Of a DNA stretch of 14,062 bases, positions 1-7,134 are shown piece by piece. Numbering within the stretch: the stretch's first letter is position 1; every line of letters begins with the position of its first letter. Below the pieces are notes generated by a model. It was not told where the DNA came from. It did no database searches and saw only the letters and a list, made by a program, of their open reading frames with translations. Position numbers and translations under genes: made by a program. The DNA is from Polyangia bacterium (GTDB lineage Bacteria > Myxococcota_A > Polyangia > JAAYKL01), in the NCBI GenBank assembly GCA_050287845.1, contig JBNKCR010000022.1:1-14062 (forward strand), written 5' to 3'.

Positions 1-20
1 GGGTCTGGAACGCTCTCTGA

Positions 21-326
21 TCACGCGGCTTTCTGAATGCTTACCGTATTCTTTTCATTCATTTTTTTCCAAAAGGTCGCAAGTCGTTCGCTCTGGTAAA
101 GACCGCGTAAAGTCAGTACCGAATTGACACCTCTGGAGTGCCATCGTTGTCCACATCCTTTTGCTCTAATCATTATGAGTGATTTGCATGCGCCTTCTGT
201 GGCGCCACTGCCAGTTGGCAGGCCATTTTTTTTCAGCGTAGCGTAGCGCATGAGGTGCTTGTTATTTTTGATGTATGTCAGGTGAATGCGCAGTGTTTCT
301 TCTCTCGCTGCGCTCAATCTCCCTGG
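21..326 (-). pseudogene. C-terminal fragment of an ISKra4/ISLre2-like (IS256/Mutator superfamily) DDE transposase, truncated at the IS1182 terminus
   Basis: Translation contains 'YIKNNKHLMRYATLKKNGLPTGSGATEGACKSLIMIRAKGCGQRW', the typical C-terminal 'G(L/Y)PIGSGxxExxxK...RxKxxGxxW' signature carrying the catalytic Glu. The frame runs directly into the IS1182 inverted repeat at ~327 and no N-terminal part is found in the window. Confidence 0.8.
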
Positions 327-341
327 CAGCCTGTCGGATTT
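326..341. repeat. IS1182 terminal inverted repeat (downstream end relative to the transposase)
   Basis: GCAGCCTGTCGGATTT is the reverse complement of 2339-2354 with 1 mismatch. Confidence 0.85.
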
Positions 342-457
342 GAGGCTGAGCCTTCATTCTGGTTGTTCAGGACTTCCTGATAACACGCTGTCCTCAAATG
401 GCTGAAATGATGTTTCGAAAAGACGACGCAGGGGATTTCAGGTAAAACGGCCCTGTC

Positions 458-1834
458 TCAGGCGCAGGTGTTTTGTAAGACAAACAGTTTTTTCAGATTG
501 TAACTGAGACAGACCAGCGTCCATTCCAGTTCGGCGTTTGCCTTGCCGCGCATGGAGAATCGGCGAAAGCCCATTACCTCCTTTATAATCCCAAATACGG
601 GTTCTACTGTCTGTTTGCGCAGATTGTACAGGGCCTTTCCTTCCCAGGTTTTCAGGCGATGCTTCATTTGTTCCTTGATGGTTGCATTTGACGGTGGCGG
701 CGTAAGGGTGGCTGTCTGTTTTTCGAGGTCGGCGACAGTGCGATGATGCCCTGTCTTTTCGATGGTGCAAAGCACGCGGCAGCTGTGTTGCGCCTCCGCC
801 TGCAATACCGCCGCCTCGCTGAAATAACCGGTATCCGCAAGCACGTTGGCGGGAGTTATGATTTCGCGGGGAATCGTTTCGAGCATCGGATTCAACTGCT
901 CTTTGTCGTTCGGCGCATCGGTGACCAGCTGACCAACAATCAAATACGTCTTCGTATCCACCGCCGCCTGCGCATTGTATGCCTGCTCAAAATGATGACC
1001 GTTGCCGGATTTCATTATCCGGCTTTCCGGATCAGTAAAATTGCTCTGCATACTGTCAGGCGGGTTCTCATCCGGCGGTGTGGGTTCATTGCCCCGGGGC
1101 TTTTTTCCCGATGCTCGCTGCGCCTCCCGTTTCTTTTTCTTTTCTTCGTACTCCGCCTGTTTGTCCTCGCGCTCCTTTTCATAGCGTGCATCAATGAGCT
1201 CACGTGCCTGTTTCAAACTTTCAATCCGGTCTTCCCGTCTGGTGATTTCATCAGGAATTGTCAGACCATCATCCAGTGGCGTGCTGTCTGCCTCCTCTGT
1301 TTTGGCGAGAAGCGCCGCCACTTCCTGCTGAAGCATTGCAATCTGCTCCCCGGCCCGATTGTAACTCACCGCCGAATGCTTGCTTGCGTTCGCCTTAATC
1401 TTCGTTCCGTCAATGCTTACATTACCAACTTTTTTCAGACCGCCAATCTGAGATGCCATGACCAGAACGTCTGTAAATGCACGGCCAAACAGTTCTCGAT
1501 TCTTACGGCGAAATTCGCATATCGTGTCATGGTCGGGATGAAGTTCGCCGCCGCAAATGTAACGAACAATTACATCCGACCATGTGGCCTGCTCTATTAC
1601 CCGCGACGAAAATCGACCAGTCGCGTAACAGTATATCAGCAGCAGCAACATCATGCGTGGCGAGTACTGCTCACTACCAGTTCCCCGACAATTGTAACGG
1701 AAAGACGACTCTGGCAGCAGGTTCACCGCATCTATCAGAAAATGTACAATATGGTCATTTGGAACCCAATCCCGTAAATCCGGTGGAAACAACATCGGCG
1801 TATTTCGGTCCACTGTTTTTATGCGTGCCGCCAT
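458..1834 (-). CDS. IS1182-family DDE transposase (458 aa)
   Basis: N-terminal 'LFPPDLRDWVPNDHIVHF...YSPRMMLLLLIYCY...SSRVIE...PDHDTICEFR' (DUF772-like). DDE motifs 'SIDGTKIKANAS', 'LADTGY' and 'RKQTVEPVFGIIK'. GGGAGA RBS 6 nt upstream of the ATG at 1834 (alternative GTG at 1837). No frameshift. Confidence 0.95.
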   Translation of the reverse strand: MAARIKTVDRNTPMLFPPDLRDWVPNDHIVHFLIDAVNLLPESSFRYNCRGTGSEQYSPRMMLLLLIYCYATGRFSSRVIEQATWSDVIVRYICGGELHPDHDTICEFRRKNRELFGRAFTDVLVMASQIGGLKKVGNVSIDGTKIKANASKHSAVSYNRAGEQIAMLQQEVAALLAKTEEADSTPLDDGLTIPDEITRREDRIESLKQARELIDARYEKEREDKQAEYEEKKKKREAQRASGKKPRGNEPTPPDENPPDSMQSNFTDPESRIMKSGNGHHFEQAYNAQAAVDTKTYLIVGQLVTDAPNDKEQLNPMLETIPREIITPANVLADTGYFSEAAVLQAEAQHSCRVLCTIEKTGHHRTVADLEKQTATLTPPPSNATIKEQMKHRLKTWEGKALYNLRKQTVEPVFGIIKEVMGFRRFSMRGKANAELEWTLVCLSYNLKKLFVLQNTCA

Positions 1835-2000
1835 CACTTTTCTCCCTGGGTGACAGAATCAATGAGATGAACCGGCACCTTACTTCATCCTATTTTCATT
1901 GGATATCCATAAAGATGAAAAGGTACAGAAAACGCAATTGGTCAGGAAATTCACTGTGCCCAAAACCGAAGGATAGCACTGTTTTTTTGACAGCGTGAAA

Positions 2001-2229
2001 TTGCCCCAACGGGGCCTAGGCATAACAGCCCAGTGCAACGCGCTGGGGTTGAACATCAAACCAACCGTCATAGCCCTGCAGGGGCGTCCCATCCATGGAC
2101 GATTCCCTTTAAAAACAGTATGGCAAAACAAAATTATGGGGCGCCCCTACAGGGCTTGAGATTCATTTATTCATGCGGGCACCCAGCGCGTTGCACTGGG
2201 CTAATATGCGGCTGCCCCTGTCGGGGCGA
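2001..2229. repeat. REP-like long inverted repeat (two opposed arms, each with three GC-rich hairpins); probable non-autonomous element
   Basis: AGCCCAGTGCAACGCGCTGGG (2027-2047) is the perfect reverse complement of 2182-2202. 2072-2092 and 2136-2156 match at 19/21. Outer hairpins are GCCCC-AAC-GGGGC (2003-2015) and GCCCC-TGTC-GGGGC (2214-2227). Confidence 0.8.
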
Positions 2230-2338
2230 CAACCACTTTTTTACCACATAACAATTCGATGGGACAGAAGCGCCGTTGTGTCCTAAAAGGACATGGCGTT
2301 TTGATGCGAAAGATCAGCTGAACAGTTGCCAGGAACCT

Positions 2339-2354
2339 AAGTCCGACAGGCTGC
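2339..2354. repeat. IS1182 terminal inverted repeat (upstream end relative to the transposase)
   Basis: AAGTCCGACAGGCTGC, ending in the CTAG tetranucleotide at 2354-2357; pairs with 326-341. Confidence 0.85.
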
Positions 2355-2397
2355 TAGTTGTGCCTGTTTGGGGGCAATTTAAGATAGCGCATTCCCC

Positions 2398-2467
2398 AAA
2401 AATAGTGCTTATTTTCTCGAGAAATTCATTAAAATAGTTTAATCAGCTCAATGTCAGCACTATTTTT
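2398..2467. promoter_or_regulatory. AT-rich upstream region with nested inverted repeats; candidate promoter/operator of the 791-aa gene
   Basis: AAAAATAGTGCT (2398-2409) and AGCACTATTTTT (2456-2467) form a perfect 12-bp inverted repeat. A perfect palindrome TTTCTCGAGAAA (2413-2424) lies between them. Confidence 0.4.
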
Positions 2468-2553
2468 AATTCATAAGTAGAAATCAAAAATCACAATGCC
2501 TATCAGTTGCCTATGGGCACATATTTTGAAAGAACTGGAGCCGGAGGATAACC

Positions 2554-4929
2554 TTGACAACAAAGAAGAAGGTAGCGAAGAAAGGTCCTTCTGCCGGGAC
2601 TATCAAGTATGTAATTGCTGATGCGAATTCATCAATTATGGTGACGGGATACAAAAAGAAGGCCAATGGAACCTTTGAAAGTATTGAACTTGGCTGCAAG
2701 CTTGAGACCCACGGAAATCTTACCGCCTCATATGTGAATGGAGTACTGTTTGCCTGCTATGAAATTAATGGTGATGAGCTCATTTATCGTTTTCCACGGC
2801 CGTCAGACAATTCCATGCTGAAAGGGGTTGAGCAATATTATCGACCGTTGAAGACTCCGTCGGGGTGGCTGGAATATCGACGTCGCGTTAACAGAGATCC
2901 CCGACCGAATTTACAAGCGGGTTTCAGTATGATTGGAGCGAGTAAGCGCGATTTTATTGAACGGCTCAAGAAGTCTCCTTCCCAAGGACCCACCGTGGAT
3001 AGGCTGGTGTTTGAATATGATGATGCTTCGCCGCAAGTTGCAGTGCCAAAACAACTGCCGACAATCGGAAGCGACGGTGGCCCCTACCTGGTACTCCCTG
3101 TTTCTGCGCTGGATGCCTGGGGAGGATACGATAATTACGAAGAATATGAGAAGATAGAGTTCACAGGTCACCTTGAGGTGTTTGTCGAGGTGGCGGATAC
3201 CAGAGCGCTCGTATTGGGAACACCCGATCCGCTTTTCTGGATTGCTGGTGAGCAGGGCGGATATCTTGTCACTGCATGCCATTTCGATGCAAATGATGAC
3301 GCGCTGATGCAGCGGATTGTTGAGAAGCTCTCCGATGATGTCTGGGAAGAACTGGATGCATCTGTTGAGGTGAAAGAAAATTGGGTGGTCTTCGATGCAT
3401 CATTTGCCGGACAAGTTGCACGGGATGAAGGGCTCGTCCTTGAACTCTCTCCCGGAAATTATCAATTCTCCAGATACACATACAAGGATGACGGTGCGCG
3501 CTTTTACATTGTGAAGCTGACAAAGTGTTCTGCAAAACAGAATTCGAAGACAAAGGTGGCAACAAAGAAAGAGGTTACAAAAAAGCAAGTGAAACTGAAG
3601 GGTACACCACTGGACCGCGTTTCACAGGCTCGCGTTGATTGGTTGCGTCGTTGGGCAGAGGATGTGGAGAACACAGCAAAGAAAAAAGGTGCTACTGAGG
3701 AAGAGATGCGCTGGGTATTGGGTACAACACTTCTCGCTGTAACTGCATTTCTGGCTCCGGGAGGAGAAACGAAAACGCAGTTTGATAAATTGGAATCTCA
3801 ATACAGGCAGGGGGAAATCAGCAGCAGCATCAAGCTTTTCGCCCAGCTGGCTGCCACAGATGATGCCCAGTTGAGTAACGACCTGGGTGCTCTTGATGGA
3901 GTGGAACGCCCACAGTTGGAGAAGCAGGATTGGAAACGATTCTCCTTTGACCTGGAGCAATTGCCAACGCTTTGGGAGAGTAATCGAGAGCGAGCGGTTC
4001 TGGCTGCTTCGCTTAACGGTTGTGCCTGGATTCTCGCAAACCGGAGCTGTTCATATGGACTTGGAGAGCTGTTTCGGTTGCCTTTTCGCATTGCTTACTC
4101 GGATTTTTTTGATGATATGGTTCCCATGTGGGAAAATCCACGACTGACCGACAAAAAGGGGAAGCCGCTGAAGACCGCTGTGCAGATAGCTGCGAAGCGG
4201 GCATTGGAAGGTGCTCGCAAAGAGTATCCTGGAATTGACCTTGAACTCAATGGCCTTAATTATTCGTCAGTTACTGGATTTTGCGCGAGCTTTCTGTACC
4301 AGCTGGCAAATCTGAATCTGAATTCATTGGCGACATTGGCTGCATTGGGCGATTTGATGCCGAACTGGTCAGAGATGGAGGAAATCATTTGTCAGGAGGT
4401 GAAGGCATCGATTAACAAGGTAAAAAAGGTGTGTGGCAACAAGGAGCTTTCCATGTTTGTTTTGTGGGCCGATCCTTATAATGGGGATTATGAGGTGGTT
4501 GTTGATGGACACAAGAACAACGAGGAAGCAGCTCGCAAGTACAATGCTCGCCGCCGTAATTGGATGTCGCAGCAGCGATCTGATGCAGATAGCTGGCGCA
4601 AAGCCGTTTCGATATCGAAGTATTGTGAAGAACTCGACTATAATCCGGATATCAGCGAATTTGAATATATGATGGGAGAGGGCGAGTTTCATGATTTTCG
4701 AATCGATGTAGAAGCTTTTACAAGCTCGGATACGTATCAACAGCTAAACGAAGGTGCGCAGGAAGACGGTTTTCTAGAGGGACATATGCGTTTTGTCATT
4801 ACAGCTGCACTTCAACGCCTGGCTGAAGAGGGAGCATTCAATTCGCTGAATCGTGCACCAGTTTTCCGGGTGGCGTATGCTTATTGCGACAATGACATTT
4901 CAAATATTGTTGCTGTACTTAATCGCTGA
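2554..4929 (+). CDS. 791-aa multidomain protein, probable poly-immunity protein: unknown N-terminal domain + Imm21-like domain (~aa 168-325) + unknown helical domain (~aa 350-595) + DUF4303-like domain (~aa 602-791)
   Basis: Long ORF with a TTG start and GGAGGA RBS (2543-2548). 'IGSDGGPYLVLPVSALDAWGG...ALVLG...WVVFDASFAG...LELSPGNY' resembles Imm21. The C-terminal 'EEIICQEVKASI...ELSMFVLWAD...ALQRLAEEGAFNSL...FRVAYAYCD' resembles DUF4303. No signal peptide. The CDS itself is secure; the domain calls are by eye. Confidence 0.75.
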   Translation: MTTKKKVAKKGPSAGTIKYVIADANSSIMVTGYKKKANGTFESIELGCKLETHGNLTASYVNGVLFACYEINGDELIYRFPRPSDNSMLKGVEQYYRPLKTPSGWLEYRRRVNRDPRPNLQAGFSMIGASKRDFIERLKKSPSQGPTVDRLVFEYDDASPQVAVPKQLPTIGSDGGPYLVLPVSALDAWGGYDNYEEYEKIEFTGHLEVFVEVADTRALVLGTPDPLFWIAGEQGGYLVTACHFDANDDALMQRIVEKLSDDVWEELDASVEVKENWVVFDASFAGQVARDEGLVLELSPGNYQFSRYTYKDDGARFYIVKLTKCSAKQNSKTKVATKKEVTKKQVKLKGTPLDRVSQARVDWLRRWAEDVENTAKKKGATEEEMRWVLGTTLLAVTAFLAPGGETKTQFDKLESQYRQGEISSSIKLFAQLAATDDAQLSNDLGALDGVERPQLEKQDWKRFSFDLEQLPTLWESNRERAVLAASLNGCAWILANRSCSYGLGELFRLPFRIAYSDFFDDMVPMWENPRLTDKKGKPLKTAVQIAAKRALEGARKEYPGIDLELNGLNYSSVTGFCASFLYQLANLNLNSLATLAALGDLMPNWSEMEEIICQEVKASINKVKKVCGNKELSMFVLWADPYNGDYEVVVDGHKNNEEAARKYNARRRNWMSQQRSDADSWRKAVSISKYCEELDYNPDISEFEYMMGEGEFHDFRIDVEAFTSSDTYQQLNEGAQEDGFLEGHMRFVITAALQRLAEEGAFNSLNRAPVFRVAYAYCDNDISNIVAVLNR

Positions 4930-5047
4930 GATACATTTTCTTTTGCCGGATTCAGATTTTCACACAGTGGACATCGCCACTTTCTCCTGAACCATTCAAT
5001 TATATGCGCATCTCCACTACGTGTTCCCCCATTCTCTCCAGCTCAAC

Positions 5048-5488
5048 TCAGTGAGGAATCACCTGCACCAGCCATACGTCGGCGATGAGCATGCTGAACG
5101 GGCCGATTTTTTTGCCGTTGCCGCTTTTGCCCCAGGCCAACTCCCATGGAATGAAAAAACGATAGCGGGCGCCTTCCCGCATCATGAGCAATCCCTCCTG
5201 GAGCCCTTCCATGGTTTCCCCCACAAAAAAACGGTCCTGTTCCCGTTCCAGAAATGTGTCCCGCACAATGGTGCCATCCACCAGCCGAATGCGCTGGTCC
5301 ACCACTACCTCGTCTTCCATCCGGGGGGCTCCCCCTTCTGAAGATTCCGTAACAACCGAATACTGCAGACCACTCTCCAACGTAACCACCCCGGCTTTCT
5401 GCCTGTTTTTCTCCCGGAAGTCCTCGCTCATTTTTCGATTCTGCCCCTGGGAACCCCGCTGTCCTCTGGTCTTTTTCTCTTTTTTCAT
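5048..5488 (-). CDS. FKBP-type peptidyl-prolyl isomerase-like protein (degenerate active site)
   Basis: 'GVVTLESGLQYSV...EGLQEGLLMMREGARYRFFIPWELAWG...IGPFSMLIADV' follows the FkpA/FklB-type FKBP fold. The ATG overlaps the toxin stop codon (TAATG). Confidence 0.9.
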   Translation of the reverse strand: MKKEKKTRGQRGSQGQNRKMSEDFREKNRQKAGVVTLESGLQYSVVTESSEGGAPRMEDEVVVDQRIRLVDGTIVRDTFLEREQDRFFVGETMEGLQEGLLMMREGARYRFFIPWELAWGKSGNGKKIGPFSMLIADVWLVQVIPH

Positions 5489-5823
5489 TATGCCGGTTGT
5501 TCTCCGTACATCTCGGTAATCAACAGTCTCAATTTCAAGGCGTCATCCGGTGTCAGTGTGGCGATTTTCTTTAACAGCCTTTTTTGGGAAAGTGTGCGAA
5601 TCTTGTCCACTGCGATTTCACTCATTTTATTTTTAATGGACACCTGAATACGGCTGCGCCACAGCGGGTGAATCGACGTGGTCAATGGACAGGTCACCAC
5701 TGTATGCAGATTCGCGTTCATCAAATCATCGCTCACCACCACCACCGGACGGGTTTTACTGATCTCCGCGCCAACCACGGGATCCAGATTGGCCCAGAAT
5801 ATCCCGTACCGCTCAATTTTCAT
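5488..5823 (-). CDS. mazF: Type II toxin, PemK/MazF-family endoribonuclease
   Basis: 'RYGIFWANLDPVVGAEISKTRPVVVVSDD...CPLTT...DKIRTLSQKRL' is the canonical PemK/MazF pattern. ATGA overlap with the upstream antitoxin. Confidence 0.93.
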   Translation of the reverse strand: MKIERYGIFWANLDPVVGAEISKTRPVVVVSDDLMNANLHTVVTCPLTTSIHPLWRSRIQVSIKNKMSEIAVDKIRTLSQKRLLKKIATLTPDDALKLRLLITEMYGEQPA

Positions 5824-6053
5824 TCGATATCCTCCACATCGAGGTCCGCCCAGTCAGACCAATCCTCCTCACTCTGCGCCATGGCCTGGTATGTATCTTT
5901 CCAGGACAATTTCTGGTCGCCAGCCTTTTCAATAAGAACGCCATCTTCTGTTTCTCTGAGGACGACCCGGTCATCAAAGCCATATTTAAGAAGAATCCGC
6001 CTGGGCAGACGTATTCCCCTGCTGTTTCCAACCTGAATGATTTTCGCTTCCAT
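5820..6053 (-). CDS. mazE: Type II antitoxin, AbrB/MazE/SpoVT family (77 aa)
   Basis: 'MEAKIIQVGNSRGIRLPRRILLKYGFDDRVVL' is an AbrB-type DNA-binding motif, followed by an acidic tail 'EEDWSDWADLDVEDIE'. A GAGGTG RBS precedes the ATG at 6053, which is preferred over the 6080 start in the ORF track. Confidence 0.93.
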   Translation of the reverse strand: MEAKIIQVGNSRGIRLPRRILLKYGFDDRVVLRETEDGVLIEKAGDQKLSWKDTYQAMAQSEEDWSDWADLDVEDIE

Positions 6054-6070
6054 ACGGCACCTCTTCTTAA

Positions 6071-6097
6071 AATTGTACATACCGTAATTACATTATC
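6071..6097 (-). promoter_or_regulatory. Candidate autoregulatory operator/-10 region of the TA operon
   Basis: Minus strand reads GATAATGTAATTACGGTATGTACAATT. It has a -10-like GATAAT and the palindromes GTAATTAC (6084-6091) and TGTACA (6074-6079), just upstream of the antitoxin RBS. Type II TA operons typically autoregulate at such sites. Confidence 0.5.
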
Positions 6098-6228
6098 AAC
6101 TCAACCCGTCAGGCAACAACGACACGACACCGCACTTTTTTAAGATCCCCCGTTTTCCTGGTGCGTCAGCAATGGGGTAAGCGGAACGAATTCCAGAAAT
6201 GCTGGAAATCAATAAAGGAGCGAGAGCC

Positions 6229-7122
6229 ATGAAAAATATGCTTTCAATTGTCGCATTCACCGCCTTGTTGACCCTTTTCGGGGGATCCCCTGCGGTAGCC
6301 TCCAATCATACATCTCCAGACGGAAAATACAGTTTTCAGCTGGAAACCGATGGCTACAGTCTGCCCACCTGGTACTGGAACGGGTACACCTTTGTGGAAG
6401 GCAGACGGGGACAGCGGTACAACATCCGGGTGACCAATCACAGCCCCCGTCGCGTGGAGGCCGTGGTTACCGTGGATGGTCGGGACGCCATCAGCGGCCA
6501 GCTGGGAGACTACCGGAAAAACCGCGGGTACGTGATTGAACCCTGGGGATCGGTACTCATCCGGGGATTCCGCACTTCATGGAGCGACGTGGCGGGTTTC
6601 TACTTCACAGATATCGAGAACTCATATTCCGCGCGCATGGGTAGCAGCGCCCATGTGGGGGTGATTGGTGTGGCTGTATTCGAGGAAAAAACCCGGCGGG
6701 AACCGCGTCGTCCCATTCGTATCGCTCCGGCGCCAAAAAGGCGGGGACTGGGAAGCGGATACGGCAACACTGCACCAGCGGACCGCAAGGAAGAATCGGC
6801 ACAATCCTACAACGCGGATGACGCACCGGCCCAAAAGCGTTCCCGCAACACCCATGGGGCCTCCAGCGCGCCGGCGCCGAGTCAAAACATCGGCACCGGG
6901 TATGGTGACCGGGAATATTCGCCAGCCACTTCCACCGAATTTCGTCGGAGCTCACGCCGCCCCGCTGCCCGACTCGCCATTTATTATGATGATCGGGCAA
7001 GCCTCATCGAGCAGGGCATTATCCCCCAGCCCCGGCCCAGACCCCATCGTCAGCCCAATCCATTCCCGCAAAACAGCGATCCCGGATTTGCGCCCCCTCC
7101 ACCCGCCTATTACTGGGAATAA
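6229..7122 (+). CDS. Secreted conserved hypothetical protein (297 aa) with a Pro-rich C-terminus
   Basis: AAGGAG RBS (6215-6220) and a signal peptide 'MKNMLSIVAFTALLTLFGGSPAVA'. The core 'FVEGRRGQRYNIRVTN...VEAVVTVDGRDAISG...GYVIEPWG...GFR...SYSARMG...VGVIGVAVF' is followed by 'IGTGYG' and 'PNPFP...FAPPPP', which I recognise as an uncharacterised family seen in myxobacteria and other proteobacteria. Confidence 0.85.
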   Translation: MKNMLSIVAFTALLTLFGGSPAVASNHTSPDGKYSFQLETDGYSLPTWYWNGYTFVEGRRGQRYNIRVTNHSPRRVEAVVTVDGRDAISGQLGDYRKNRGYVIEPWGSVLIRGFRTSWSDVAGFYFTDIENSYSARMGSSAHVGVIGVAVFEEKTRREPRRPIRIAPAPKRRGLGSGYGNTAPADRKEESAQSYNADDAPAQKRSRNTHGASSAPAPSQNIGTGYGDREYSPATSTEFRRSSRRPAARLAIYYDDRASLIEQGIIPQPRPRPHRQPNPFPQNSDPGFAPPPPAYYWE

Positions 7123-7134
7123 AAAAGACCGACG

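Larger units (their letters stand above)
327..2353 (-). mobile_element. IS1182-family insertion sequence (~2.03 kb)
   Basis: Terminal inverted repeats GCAGCCTGTCGGATTT (326-341) and AAGTCCGACAGGCTGC (2339-2354) match at 15/16 positions. They enclose a full-length transposase. The flanks are CTGG (323-326) and CTAG (2354-2357). Confidence 0.85.

Noticed and set aside
743..1777. 344-aa ORF on the + strand
   Set aside because: Lies entirely antisense to the IS1182 transposase, has no recognisable motifs, and has the composition of a shadow ORF.
2001..2229. Possible CRISPR array or tRNA
   Set aside because: The repeats are inverted, not direct with regular spacers. There are no cas genes and no cloverleaf or T-loop motif.
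1880..2251. Short ORFs (83 aa minus, 72 aa plus) over the inverted-repeat element, considered as IS passenger genes
   Set aside because: They are translations of the palindromic repeat arms, with no convincing RBS or domain.
2513..2551. 12-codon upstream ORF (MGTYFERTGAGG) ending 2 nt before the 791-aa start
   Set aside because: No RBS is visible and ORFs this short arise by chance, so a leader-peptide role cannot be supported.
4967..4986. AGTGG-ACATCG-CCACT hairpin followed by a few Ts, considered as the terminator of the 791-aa gene
   Set aside because: The stem is only 5 bp and the U-tract is short; too weak to call.
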